The position numbers were made by a program, and so were the translations under genes. The notes under the pieces were generated by a model that saw only the letters and a program-made list of their open reading frames with translations, was not told the origin of the DNA and made no database searches. A stretch of DNA of 63,956 nucleotides, filler included, from Circinaria calcarea (Eukaryota): assembly GCA_051942165.1 (NCBI GenBank). It is 4 parts of 4 records of this genome, joined end to end, with 100 filler letters (N's around TTAATTAATTAA, not from the genome) between each part and the next. Parts side by side here need not be neighbours in the genome. Positions count along the whole stretch, not along the records: positions 1 to 16,085 come from JAVECS010000334.1; positions 16,186 to 32,252 come from JAVECS010000335.1; 2 more parts are not named here. One strand, written 5' to 3'. Shown here in pieces: positions 13,572 to 26,372 of the stretch (positions are counted from its first letter, which is position 1; every line of letters begins with the position of its first letter).

Positions 13572-13826
13572 TTAGCTCATTGTGCCAAAACCAAACCGAA
13601 AGCTTCTGCTCACCCAAGCTTCAGTCACCGTGCAGGCATCAGTTGACGCTCCCAGTGACCTCGGTACGTCGTCAACGTGACTTTGGCTCCCATTGTCAAA
13701 AGTTGTTTGCCAATTATCGAGGTATTGTTTCATTTTGACCACTCCCCGATTTTGGCCGTAAAATATGTTATTCTGAAGAGCTTGGTCTGCAACATGGGCT
13801 TCGGCCTTTGCTTGCCGATCTGACAT
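13572..13826 (-). CDS. Small hypothetical protein B (paralog of 11084-11296)
   Basis: ATG at 13826 (MSDRQAKAEAH..); shares NNIxYGxxRGxxKMxQYLDxWQ with protein A. Confidence 0.55.
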   Translation of the reverse strand: MSDRQAKAEAHVADQALQNNIFYGQNRGVVKMKQYLDNWQTTFDNGSQSHVDDVPRSLGASTDACTVTEAWVSRSFRFGFGTMS

Positions 13827-16085
13827 GATCCAAGAACTTTCGGTACGTTCAGTCTCACTGTATATGTGTAGACGCAACGTTGTAGAGCGGGCTTTCGACT
13901 TCAAGCAAGATGGTATGACATATATGGTCTAATGGTGGTTCAAAACCGAGTTCGCTTGAGGTGTCCGAAACTTGTATCTATTCGGATTTGCAAGAATGAT
14001 GGAGGCAGCCTAATCAGCATAGGGCACGTTAATATGAGTGGGTAAGGGCAAAGAATAACTAACTTGAGTTACCTAAGGGCATAAAGTTCGCGCAAGCTTC
14101 AATCCTAGGTAGTATGCTTGTCAAACAGGCAGGACATTCTCACGCAATGAGGCAGAAACGTTTTACTTAAAGAGTAAAAGGATTTTGAATGCGAAAAGCA
14201 TTGATTTTACTCTACCCAGCTAAGTTTTTCTCTCATACCAGTTACCTATGCTTTATAGCCTGCGGTGCCTTCTCTCGCGTTTTGTCTTTCCCCACCGCCT
14301 CATTTCGGTCATCCGGAGCCGTGCATTTGTTTCGTTAGATGTTGGCGAATGGGACTTTGACGTGATCCTAGCTGGTGTCATTGAGCAGCCGCAATATCTC
14401 CACACCATTCTGCGGCTGTCAGTCGGATCACGTAGCTTCTTCTGGAGATGGGAAACGGGAACAGCATATCCCATGCTTCCAGTTGGCCAGCTTCTGAGCT
14501 CTACAAAAGCGACATGCATGAACCCCCAACATAACAACCAATCACAAAGTATGTGCCGCCTTTGCATTAAGTTTATGGAGTGGATCCGCTATGATCATCA
14601 GTATCTCAACCAGTCTCACTTTCCTAGTCTATCAGATCGAGTCGTATGTCACAGTTGCTTGGGGCAGCAACTGTAGAACCTCTAGGCATTGCTGGCGTCG
14701 TACGCTCTAAGAGATATCGTTGTCTTCTAGATATGGAATGTGCGGAGGAATCACGAAGACTACGGTTCGCACTTTGGCTTAGCTAACTATCGAGAAAAGG
14801 TGAGCAGTCTCCAATGGCGGGATGATGGCTCTGCACACCAGAAGTGAGGCATATTCTTTGACCATACTGACCTAACTCTGGAAAGCGCAACGTAGGCAGA
14901 TATCCAAGGAATTTGTGTTGCGCCTTACCCAATGAGACTTCCCATTCCCGGAATCTGCAGGTTACCGCAGCCTTGGGTCGGGTTGTTTCTGCGGGTATCC
15001 GCCGCCAAACAGCCATGCTACTGCAGGTAACCGAACTCATGGGATATCTGGAGCCACTCAACATGTCTGTCGTATGGCCTCGGGCCCCCAAATTTCGCGC
15101 TCCACGGGGCATTGATTAGCACGTCATTGTGGCGGCTGATTCTCTTGGGGATTTGGTCACCAGATGTGTGGTCCTTGAGCTAACTATGCATCACAGATCA
15201 CACCTCAGTCAACTCATGCAACCGGGTCAGCGAGTACTTCGACAGACAAAGTGTTGAATACTTGGTTCTGCGTACCTGCTCGAAATGCCAACCACCACTA
15301 TTGTGGCTATCGTGTCCAATAATTGAGTTACCCGGAGCAATGGGGCGTGATGGTGCATGTAAGAGATCGGTGCTGCACGGCTGGAGCAATGCCAGCTCAG
15401 TGCAGATATGCAGTACCTAAGCGGTAGCCTACGCGTCGTCTCAAATGGACCGTTCGAGAGGATCGCTTGCATACGGATATACCACCTCCAAAGCTAACCG
15501 CGCACTGCTCAGCTGGGTTGCCCTTCGATCCCAACCTGCGGTAGGGTTGGCGGAAGCGGTAACACTTTAGCGGCAATGCATGCTTACTAATTTTCCGCAC
15601 CAGTAGTTGACTATAGACCCGCCAAGAATGTCTCATCACGTTATCATGGGGTGTGCGTCTGTCTGGTTGACAACATACTAGACGGCAACGCGCATAGGAA
15701 TACGAAGCCTTACTCCTCGTGCATACGTAAGAAGCGCCGAAATTGGAGTCCTCAAGCCAGCTACTAGTAGGCGATCCATAGAGACAAGCCAAGCTAAGGA
15801 AGGTAGCCAGATGCATTGCTCTATGAGGCACATGTACCTATTTGTTAATATCCCGATTACACCGTCACGGACTTAGGGGTGTAACAGGGATACGGATAAC
15901 ATGTTGTCTTTCAGTATTGCTAAACAAGTAATCACTTAGGATTTAAAAAAAAACTATCATTTCAATGTTTATATATAGCCAATAGGATCTTGGGTCTTGT
16001 CTGCAGTTTATCAGTTTCCCTCTCGAGGGCTATGCTGGATATTGAACCCCTCCTCCTACAATAAGTCCACTAAATCCAACCCCTC

Positions 16086-16185
16086 NNNNNNNNNNNNNNN
16101 NNNNNNNNNNNNNNNNNNNNNNNNNNNNNTTAATTAATTAANNNNNNNNNNNNNNNNNNNNNNNNNNNNNNNNNNNNNNNNNNNN
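16086..16185. other. Artificial contig spacer (N44-TTAATTAATTAA-N44)
   Basis: 100-nt N block with a central six-frame stop linker, identical at three places. Confidence 0.97.
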
Positions 16186-18182
16186 CTTCCACCCCCCAGC
16201 AACTCCCTCACCAGACTCCCGTGCTGCCGGTCGACAGCCTTGTTCCCCTCCTTCCCCTCCTTCCCCTCCTTCTCGCGCACGGAGGATTGGGACGGGGACG
16301 GGGACGGGGACGCGAGGCGGGCCTCGAGCGCCTTTTCCTCCCGGTCCCTGACGGTGAGAGGGCCGTCGGGGACAAGGAGAAACTCGGGTAGCGGCGTGGC
16401 GGGAGGTGCCGGTGAGATTTGGTCGTCGTTGTCGTCGGCGGCGGAGGCGGGGGTGATGGCGTCATCTGGGAGCGAAGGGAGCCTCCGGCAGCTGCTTTCT
16501 CGCAGCAGCAGGCTGTTGCGGCGCTTCCACGGGAACGTTTGCTCTCCGCTGAGTCTCTGCAGTGCACCCCGTGCGGCTGCCCTCACGATCCTTTCGTTCG
16601 TCTGGCTTTGTTGACCCGGCGACAGCGCACTCCCGTGCCTGAGTAATTCGTCGCTGCTCTTGCCTGTTCCGATGCGATAGAGACCCGAACAGTCCTCTAT
16701 GGCTCGCGCATAGTCTCTTGAATTTTCACGTGTAGGGCGGAGTGTGGGGATGCCACCGATGGTGATGAATCGTGGTGGGGAGTCATTCGACTGGCCAGAT
16801 GTGATAAAAGGATCAGCGAGGCTGGGTGAGTGTGTGCGCCTGGGTGTTTCGTCGACAAAGGTGGCTGAGAGACTAGGAGACTGTGGGTCGACAACTTGAG
16901 GTTGAATCGGCGAGGAATTTGAAAAGGTTGGAGAATTGAGGTACACTGAAGGCGGGTTCGAGTGAGGTTGCGACGGAGAGTACGGTAGCTGGGAAGAGGA
17001 TGCTGACAAATTTCGGCGGTGATGGTAGGGGGTTTGTAATGACGAAAGGAGTGGTCCCAGTGTATCATCGGAGATTTCGTGCCTCAGTGGTGGAGTACGA
17101 AGTAACGGGTGGGTATTTGCTTGAGATTCGTCCTCCTCGGGCAGGGATGTTGTAGCCGGTGACTGTGATGGTGATGTCAACCCCTTTACCGACGTCTTAG
17201 AGCGTGAGAGTCCAGTATGAAGGCGTAGGCCGGTAGTTGATCTGCCAGCTGAGTACCCCGAGTATCGTTGCATGTCCTTTTGACGGAAGAGTAAAGATCT
17301 GCGTCGCTCTTTGGGCTCACCGAGGTACGATCTCTCTTGGTATGTAGGGTTAGGGAGGGGTGGCAAGGGTTTATCTGGAGGCTGCAATGATGAAGGCGGA
17401 GCCTGTGAATCGACTTGATGTAGGGACGCAACCATTGAGTTGATCTCAGCTGCATGAACGATTTGTGTTTGTTGGCGTCCACTGTCTGGAGTAGCTAGAA
17501 TACGCGCTGAACCGTAGGAGTGTCCTGGCGAGCTTAGCACAGACATGCAGCTATCATCGTAATGTAAAGGATCCTCCACAACCGGCTGCCCAATCTCGGC
17601 TTCTATCTCCTCCAACGTTGGTGTAGAACACGATTGTTCAACAACATCTTCCTGCTTAGCTTTGGCAGAGGATGTGACACACAGTGACCTAGGAAGAAAT
17701 TCGGTCCTTACATCTCTAGTACTGTATTTGCCTTCCTTGTAGGCATTCATTTCCACTTCCACTCGTAGCGGCAAACCATCCCAACCATCAAGCCCCTTGA
17801 AAGTGGCCGATGTAGCTGTAATTGGAATCTGCAGAATCTCATATATCACACGATCGATGGTGTCGTCTCCTGCCTGACCAGAAACCATAGTTGCAGGGCT
17901 GCCAGAGGTGGGACTCTCGTGGTGTTCTTTGTTGTCAGTCGAGGGAGCATTCAAGCTCTGAGTTGTGTGTGGTGACGAGGACGGAACGTGGGCAAAGAGC
18001 TTGGCAGAGAGCTCCATTGTATCCAGCGTGTCTGTTGTACTCTCATCCAAGCCAGAGATAGATTCAGGTTGGTTACTGCTGTGATTCGTGACGCGGCCCT
18101 CGTGATCAGAGTAGTCGTCTTGTCTATACCACGAGGACTGGATTAACGTAGATACGTGGCGCGGGAGGTTTGTTGGCGGCAT
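16186..18182 (-). CDS. Ser/Pro-rich low-complexity hypothetical protein, 3' truncated at the contig end
   Basis: More than 660 open codons running into the spacer; PDKPLPPLP motif; no domain recognised. Confidence 0.65.
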
Positions 18183-18689
18183 CGTGCTGGTCTTTCTACG
18201 TCCTACCGTATTGCTATGGGCCTGGTTCCAAAGAGTACAGGGACTTCCCGTCGTATTTGAGTATTGGAAAGTAGGGGTGTCGTGCTCTTAAAGAAAAGGA
18301 TTGCTGGATGAATGACAACGAAGGACGTCCCAACTGCTGAAGGATGTCCCACTCAATAAAGAACGAAGGTGACCATAACCCAACAATAGGCCGTCAATAT
18401 ACCGAGTACATTCGGATCAGTCCGCGGAGCACGGGGCTCGACTCAAACTGTCAGATACTATCTAGAACGACAATAGCAGTACTATTTGTTGTATTCTGAG
18501 TAGGGCAAATTGAGGACCAAGTGAATCAGAGTCTTTGAATAGTGAATTCTTCCAAAAGAAAGTCATATTCTGTCTGACTATCACTGACAATTGAAATGTC
18601 TCACCGATGTAACTAACCCCTTGGGAGAGGTTTCCCTCTTTACGACATCTGGCAATACAAAGTATTTAGATGTACATTAGCCACCTGCT

Positions 18690-21019
18690 TTATAGGAAGT
18701 TGAACGTATCACCGCCATTTCCCTTTAGCATTGCAGCAAAACGCTTTGTTCCCACTATTCTCTCTAGTTTCAAAGCATCATACTTTGAGAAGATGCTCCT
18801 CGTCGTTACTTCGCCCTGTTCTACTTTTCCCTCTGCAATACTTGCCGCAAGATAGCCTCCCACTATCTCCTTGTAAAAGATCGGGTTATCTGGTAGTGCA
18901 TACATGATAACCTTCTTGACCCCTCTAAGGTGGTAACGCCGGAAGTGGTGTGCCCTACCTGTATACAAGAGAACAGAATGCCTTCGGGAGAAGAAATGAC
19001 TTCGAGCTCTTGCAACATCCCGCACGGAAGTGTACTCGGAGATGGCTCCAAATGAGATATTTTGAGTAACATTGGACGTAGCGAGGAAGTTTCGTACACG
19101 TACGAAATCCATATATGAGGGTATGAAAATTAGGATCCCTTGATCCCGCGTTGAAGCGGTTTTCGAGTTTTTGGTCAGCATTGGGATTATTGCAGTGGTA
19201 AAGTACTTGAACCTTGCATCCGGATCATCAACAGGACTTGGCGCGTCATATCGCGAGAAAGATTGCTTCAGTTGCACAGCCAAGTCAAGCATGGCGCCAT
19301 CATAACTCGCCATACCGCATTTTATCTTCCCACTAACGTTTTGCATGTGGTGATTGAACAATCGATTGAGCTCTGGGGTGTTGTATGCGGAAAGAACAAT
19401 GGTCTGTCGCAGATATTTGGCATTCCCATCCAGATACCAATTCCTGACTCGACCGAAGTCACAGCCATGTGTCTCCTTTGGCTGGAGATTAAGGTGTTCG
19501 AAGATGTACTCGACATGCTCCCAATTCTGCATCAGGAGCGCGTCTGCCTGATCGACCACGACCACTTCAATGGAGCTTAAGAAATCGTAGTCCTTTTTCC
19601 GACCATCTTCCTCTCCCAGGGCCATTTTCAGACCAAGCGGGCTTGCAATGATAATGTCGGAATTATAGAATTGGGAGAAAAACTTGACCGTTTTTCTAGT
19701 AAACTTAACCCCAAGCCGAAACATGTCATCGTCGTTACCTTCGAAAAGCTCCCGAAAGTCACTTGGTTTATCATCGGAAAATGAGCCATCAGTCTGTGCA
19801 TATGAATCCTGAAAGCGCTTCCTGTTCTCTTGCTGCTCAGGCTCGCATAATGACGTTACCATGTCCACCGCTCGGACACAAGACTGCCTGGTTGGTAACA
19901 GCATTAGTACCTTAGGGCGTGTAAAGCCCTGATCTCGATACTCAATATCTTCAGAAGTGGGTTCCCTGGCGGCTTTGCTATTGTTCTTGAGTACCCTGTC
20001 TCTAGTCTTGAAAACGTGATTGAGAGCATGTAGGCAGGTGAGAGTCCGGAGGTCTTGAGCGTTGACTGTGTTTCTGTCTGCGAGCAGTATATCTTCGTAG
20101 CCGAAGATCACTGCTGCTAAGGTCGAGTTCAAGCCTGTAAGCTCGGGCAAGTACCTTCTCGCGGGAGCTTCGAGTTTACGCTTCAGCTGTTGCCGCCAAG
20201 TCAGTATCGAAAAAGTCAGAATCGAGAAATACAGGATTCAAACCTGCAGACCTCGAAGATCATGAATTGCATCACTTTTCCCAACCAGGGTATTTTCTCC
20301 ACGAAGATATAGGTGCAACGATTTCCAACCAGATGGTAGTATATCCTTGCGGCTTGACCATCCCTCAGCTACGGCAGCCTTGATTCTTTGGGCTAAAACG
20401 ACCTTGTCAGGATTTGCAAAATGCGTATCAAAGGCATCTTGTCCTTTTCATATTAGCTAGGCACATGTACTCAGGGTGCAAATTCAACCTTCTTTGTGGT
20501 TCATCTCGTCATCCGTATCAACAGTGTCTTCAAGGTTCATATGCTCATCCTCGTCTGGCTCATTAACGGGGTTTACACTGTCTTCTGCAAGATCAACATC
20601 GGCACTCTCATGAACCTCGAGCGATGATGACACATCTTTCGCCGTCTCCGCCAATTCGATTCGACGTTTCTTTCGCTGGGGCTGTCCCAATAGCATATCT
20701 ACTACCAAAGATTGTAGAAGTGAATTGTATGGTTTGACTGATGGAGTAGAAGTATCGGGTTCTTCGTCGCTGCTGACCTCATCCGACATATCCTCCTCAG
20801 TCTGCTCCCCTTCTTCATCATGATCGATATTTGCATCTGAGCTCTCTCCATTATCTCTTCAACTCGGGTTGATAGGAATGTCGATTTTTCTCCGACGCCT
20901 CTTCTCATCCCACCTCTACCTCTTCCTCTTCCTCGCCCCCTAGCTCCAAATCGACCTCTATCGGCTCCCCGATATTTGATACCACCCCTTCTACTAGGAA
21001 ATTCTGCTATTGGCGCCAT
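18690..21019 (-). CDS. UTP25: U3 snoRNA-associated protein 25 (multi-exon; apparent 1-nt frameshift near 20855)
   Basis: [51 protein letters not shown] motifs; RG-rich N-terminus. Confidence 0.93.
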
Positions 21020-21284
21020 AATAAGCTGGCCCGGTAAGCCTGATGTCGTTGTGCAGTTAGTGGTCCGGGATGCTCAGTCTTCGGATTAACATCAAGAACA
21101 TAAGCGAAACGGCACCACCTGCAGACTGGCGAAAGTTGGATTTCTTATATCCTGGCTTATATCGACTTGGCGCAAGTTTCAAAGGCTCAGCGAAGCTACG
21201 GTAGGGCTGGAGATTCTACAGTCTACAAATTATTGTCGCGAATAATCTTTCTTCAGACCTTTTCTACTTAAGCCCGAAGACATT

Positions 21285-22430
21285 ATGACGGAGTCTGATA
21301 ATTTTCTTCATTTAGCCAGGCCACTAGGTTCAGCGCCTGTTGGATCTCAGACCACCACCGCCCCACTCAACGTGATCATTCAACCACAGGTAAGACTCGC
21401 GCCCGCCATTTTTCGTCGTTAACTGAATCTGACTTCAGGCAATATTCTCTATCCTCGATCACTCCCTCCGCCGTAATGTTGATCAAGAGCGTGTTATTGG
21501 CACCCTACTCGGAGTCCGTAGCGAAGATGGTCAGGAAGTCGAGATCCGGAATTGCTTCGCCGTCGGACATACAGAGACCCAAGAACAAGTCGAGGTTGAC
21601 ATGGAATACCAAAAGCAGATGCTCTCACTGCACCTCAAGGCAAATCCCAAAGAAGTCTTGGTGGGATGGTACGCTACCTCTGCCGAATTAAACACCTTCT
21701 CCGCTCTCATCCAAAACTTCTACGGGGGGCAAGGAGACGGGACCTGGCCACATCCTGCGGTTCATTTGACCGTCAGCACGGAAGCTGGCAAGGATATCGA
21801 GGCAAGAACGTACATTTCCGCGCCTGTTGGAGTCACAGCAGAAAGAGCGGCAGACAGTGCTGCATTCATACCTGTGCCATATGAGATACGGTATGGGGAT
21901 GCAGAAAAAAGTGGCTTGGAATTGATATCCGGTGCGAAAGATAGCGAGGATCGAACGTCAAACGTATTGACGGACATTGAATCGCTCGAGCGGGCTATCG
22001 AAGAGGTGCTAGGGATGCTGGAACGAGTTTCAAAATATGTCGAAGCAGTAATAGATGAGGAGGCACCACCCTCGAGTGCACTAGGTCAATTTCTCCTCAA
22101 CGCTCTTGCGCTTGCGCCGAAAGTCGACCCGGGAGATATCGAGAGAGATTTGTCAGTTGTGTCCTATCGTACCGTACAAGGCGTTTACTGACTATCAAAA
22201 GTAACAACCATATTCAAGATGTCTTAGTAGTATCTTACCTTGCCAATACTATTCGTACACAGATAGACTTATCGAACAGGCTGGCAACGGCTGCATTGAC
22301 AATGGGAGCGGGTGATGGACTTGGGAGTGGACAAGCTAATGGCGCTGGATCGGAAGGTGCACAACGAGGAGGTGGTCAACGAGGAGGCAGAGGTGGTCGA
22401 GGTGAAGGGAGGGGGGGGCGAGATGGTTGA
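21285..22430 (+). CDS. eIF3f: Translation initiation factor 3 subunit F (MPN domain), 3 exons
   Basis: [61 protein letters not shown] tail. Confidence 0.93.
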
Positions 22431-22740
22431 GGAGGCTCAAAGTTCCATTTTCTACACAATCTGCACGCAGATTTATTGCATCGTACCTGGTGAAAAATGC
22501 ATGGCGTCTGGCTAGATATCTCATGCCGGAAAGCTGGTATTCTACAGGTTTGCTACTTCACTGCCATTTGTAGATGGAAAGGTAGAACAAGTTTGCATCA
22601 ATGCATCTTCACCGTGCGCCTATGATCAGCACGCTTGAGGTCCTAGAACCTCGGGGTATCTAAGGCAAAAGTGCCGCCCCTTCATGCGCCGTTTTCATGA
22701 GATCGTAAAGACATCAAGTCATCAGCGAGTAGACCGAGGT

Positions 22741-23455
22741 CTACTCGTCTTCGTCTTCCCATTCGTCTCCGTTCTCGTCAACCTCCACATTCTTCAGGGC
22801 CTTCCCCTTCCCTTTGCCCTCCTTGCCCTTCCCCTTCTCCAAACCTGCCTTGCCCTCAGGCACGTCAAACTGCTTACGAGCTTCTTTGAGCTCTTTTTCC
22901 ATATCCATCAGTTCCTGGACACGGCCGAGGAACACTGGGTTCTTGCGAATGGCGAACATGAAGTCCTCGACCTTGACCTTCTGACGGCCGGCGTAGGAAG
23001 CAGCGCGGGCAGCTTCATGACAGATCTCAATGATGAAATCGGTGACCATCTCATCCAAGACACGCACAGTCTCCGGCAAGGGGTTGATGTCGTCGCCAAA
23101 CGCGTAGAGGAGTTGTTTGACTGTCCATGGTTAGCAGATGCAGGTTGAGAAATTGTGAACGTGACAGTGTCGTACGCTCGGTTTCAAAGTTGAGCTGGCC
23201 TTTCTGACGGGCGGCACGAGCGCGTGGTTCAGCCATGGCTTCTGCGGCTTCTGCGAGTTCGGTTGCGTTTGTGGTGGTGAGTGAAGCACTAATGGAAGCT
23301 GCGAGTTCTTCTTCTTCAGAGGAGTGGCCGAAGTGCGGTATTCCAGCGTAAAATCCAGCGCCTTTGGGACGAGGCTTGGTGGTTTTGGCAGACTGAGTAG
23401 ACTTGGTGACGCGCTTTGCTTTGGTGGATTTGGTGACCTTCCTGGGGTGCGTCAT
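22741..23455 (-). CDS. TAF13: TFIID subunit 13 (usual start 23236; in-frame upstream ATG at 23455)
   Basis: MAEPRARAARQKGQLNF, LLYAFGD, PETVRVLDEMVTDFIIEICHEA, KVKVEDFMFAIRK; one intron. Confidence 0.9.
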
Positions 23456-24937
23456 TTTGCCGATAATCTAGGATTCGGTTATCTTAGCGGCGGCTGCTAA
23501 TGCCGACAGCCGGCGCCTTACCTATTATGAGCTTGCTACTGTTGGAATGTTATGTGGACACAACTCTGTGATGTTTTGCACGTTGTGTACTTTGGAGAGT
23601 CTGGAAAAAAGCAGGTTGAGAGGTGAAAGATGGTGAGTTCGTCTTAATTCTGAAACCAGGGCTGGGCACTATGGATGAAGCTAAACCGCATTCAGTCGGC
23701 ACTATTCAACTTTCAGTCGCTTCTTCTCGTTATCCTGTTGCTCATTTGTACAAGCACATACCTACACAATGTCTTCCCGGGGATAATGGATCGCAACAAA
23801 GATGGGTATGATTTGTTCTGTTAGAGATTGGTGCTCATATATTACTGGTGCTAAATTGAATTCGAAGCCTCTTCGGTATCTTTTGGAAGTTTGCCCGGGT
23901 GGGAGAGCGGTTGAGCCCATATGTCAGTTTGTGCTGCATACTCATGGCCGTACGTTAAATGAGATCTTCTTTGCTGGAAATGCCTAACTCTCTTATCCTA
24001 GGCCTCTCTTTTCGTGGGATCTTAAATCGCTCTCTGGGCCACGAGAACCTTAACTAAGAGGCGTATTGGGGAATAGCGGAGAATCAGACACCGCGCCACG
24101 CATGTAGCCACTTAAGTACAAAGTCAATGCTATAGGAGCAGCCAATGATACTCTGTCAGTTGCTCGTAACGTCGTTGCCGTGGACGAGATAACGATAGGA
24201 ACAGCGCTCACTCCGCTATGCGCCTTTCCGCCATTCCTTGGATTGAAAAGTAACGCCTCCTTGAGCATCGGAAGTTTGAGTGAGATGGTTGTGGTCTCTC
24301 TCTGTGTTTGATCCAGGCCTCTGACACCAATGTCCTTGGACTAAAGTGGTAGGACAAAAGCAAGGACCTAGAGGCTGTGTAGAGCAGAGGTTGATTCTCT
24401 ATACAACTGTCGATAGGAAACTAAAGTAAGATATATATCATTTTGTTCTTCGATAAAACCACAACCAGCTCAGGTGATTTATCTGCCAAGCTTTTTTATG
24501 TTACATCCTGATCCACAACCTCGCCACGCTAAGTCCACAGTGAAATTCATCATGAAATTATGACTGTTGCAACTGCATCTCCGCATTCACAGATCTCTTT
24601 TTGGATTAGAGCTAGTCTGGCGATTGCTATCTTCGGCAAAGCGAGCACGGCTTGAGTAAGGATTACTTACACAAAGCGGCACAGTTTACTAGTCCGACCG
24701 GAAGCGAAAACATTCATATAGCAGTTAATCTTATAGAAGTGCCCAGGACATGCTCTGGGTGCGTGTGCCCTGCAAGACCGGATAGTCCATACGTACTCAA
24801 CGATCACCGACATCTCGCTTACTCACGTATATTACTCCTTGTGCGCTGAGGTTTCGACGTACCTTGGAGTCTATTCACAGCTTTCACCGGACGATATTCT
24901 CCCTCCGCCACGTCTTACATCTTCCCTCCAGCGAGGA

Positions 24938-25516
24938 ATGGCTCAACCACCGACAGATATGTCTTCCACTATGCCATTCCCATTCTTGAAGCTTCCGAGA
25001 GATGTCCGCTTCATGATTTACCAGGAACTTTTGGTGAATTGTCAGTGTAACGGCCAGGAACAACACTGTCGTGTTTACGGCGAAATCGCGTTCACCTGCC
25101 ACGAGCTCTTTCAAGAAGTGCGCCACGTATCCCATATCTACAGGCCACTTCAACACGTCCATATCAACGTTTACGACCAGAACATCTTGACTTACCTACC
25201 GCTACCGCGCCCTCTCCATTGTGTATGGGTAAATTACCGTTCTGGCAGCTTTCCGGCTCTTTTGTCCTCCTTCAAGAATGTCATTATCACGTTGGGGAAC
25301 TGCTCGGATGTTCCTGTCCATGTCTGGGAGCGCTCCCATGTTACGGTTGGGCTATGGTACTACGTGAAATACCTCCAGTCCGAGAAGGTTTTACTCGAGT
25401 CAGTCAACGTTCGGATCAGACAGCCCAACGTTACCCTCCTGAAATCTTGTGACAAGTTACTGCAGCCGGTTGTTGCCAAGGAGGTCTTGTTCAGTGGGAA
25501 GGAGATGAATCAGTAG
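24938..25516 (+). CDS. F-box-like hypothetical protein
   Basis: FPFLKLPRDVRFMIYQELL resembles the fungal F-box-like LPxEIRxxIY motif; start approximate. Confidence 0.55.
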   Translation: MAQPPTDMSSTMPFPFLKLPRDVRFMIYQELLVNCQCNGQEQHCRVYGEIAFTCHELFQEVRHVSHIYRPLQHVHINVYDQNILTYLPLPRPLHCVWVNYRSGSFPALLSSFKNVIITLGNCSDVPVHVWERSHVTVGLWYYVKYLQSEKVLLESVNVRIRQPNVTLLKSCDKLLQPVVAKEVLFSGKEMNQ

Positions 25517-26372
25517 GAAATACCCTGGGTAAGGAACATGGCACTTTGTACGTCCAACAAGCTGTGCTGATAGATGCCCTGTTAGTTCTCCACAAATACT
25601 ATCCAGCTGATGGATATTTAACCGGTACCATTTCGTCGTGCACGTAGGGGTACTTGTCTATGATATCCACTGAAATCCTTGAAGCTGACAGCACCATAGG
25701 TTCTCACGTACGGGGCTTGCAGCTTGCAGGCAGCGATAGTCACTACGGGATTAGCTGCCCACCTCCAAACAATAAAAATTCTCTTCTATCATGCGGTTCT
25801 AATCCTACGATCTAAACGCGGGGAGTGATCAAATCTTTGCCTCTGGCATGGCACTACGAAAAAGCCAGATACTTGAGACGTGATTGTGATTCTGTAAGAC
25901 TATAATGGCAACTTCCTGGCTCTGCTTCATCCTATATGTTTGAAAGCAAACAATTCTAGTTCCTAAACCCGCCGACAAGCCTCCTAGACGAGTCTATGAC
26001 TCACGGTTTAATTGGCTATTCATATCTCGGCTGTAGCAACTATGTCTGCTCTTGCAACTTTGTATACAACGTCCCGTTTGTGCTGAGGTAAGGTATGGTA
26101 TCTAGCTTCGCGCACCGATGGAACGCGCACGGCCTTTGGCACAGCTTTCAATCTTCCTAGCTCTATATCTTAGAGACTTTTCCCTTCTTCGCCCTTATCC
26201 GTCTTCGCAGACAGAATCGTAATCATCATTGATTTTAGATTATGACTACGACTTTACTCAACCATGAACAGTATATCTTCCCACTATAACCCGCTCATAT
26301 ACCCTTCCCATCGTACTACCCAAAAACCCAAGCCTCCCTCAATCGCCCCTCTGACAGCTACATACATCTCCA

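Noticed and set aside
14248..15831. Cluster of 80-145 aa ORFs, possible gene relic
   Set aside because: No recognisable motif or consistent exon chain in any frame; needs blastx
16130..16141. TTAATTAATTAA as a biological motif
   Set aside because: It is embedded in Ns and identical three times; a synthetic six-frame stop linker
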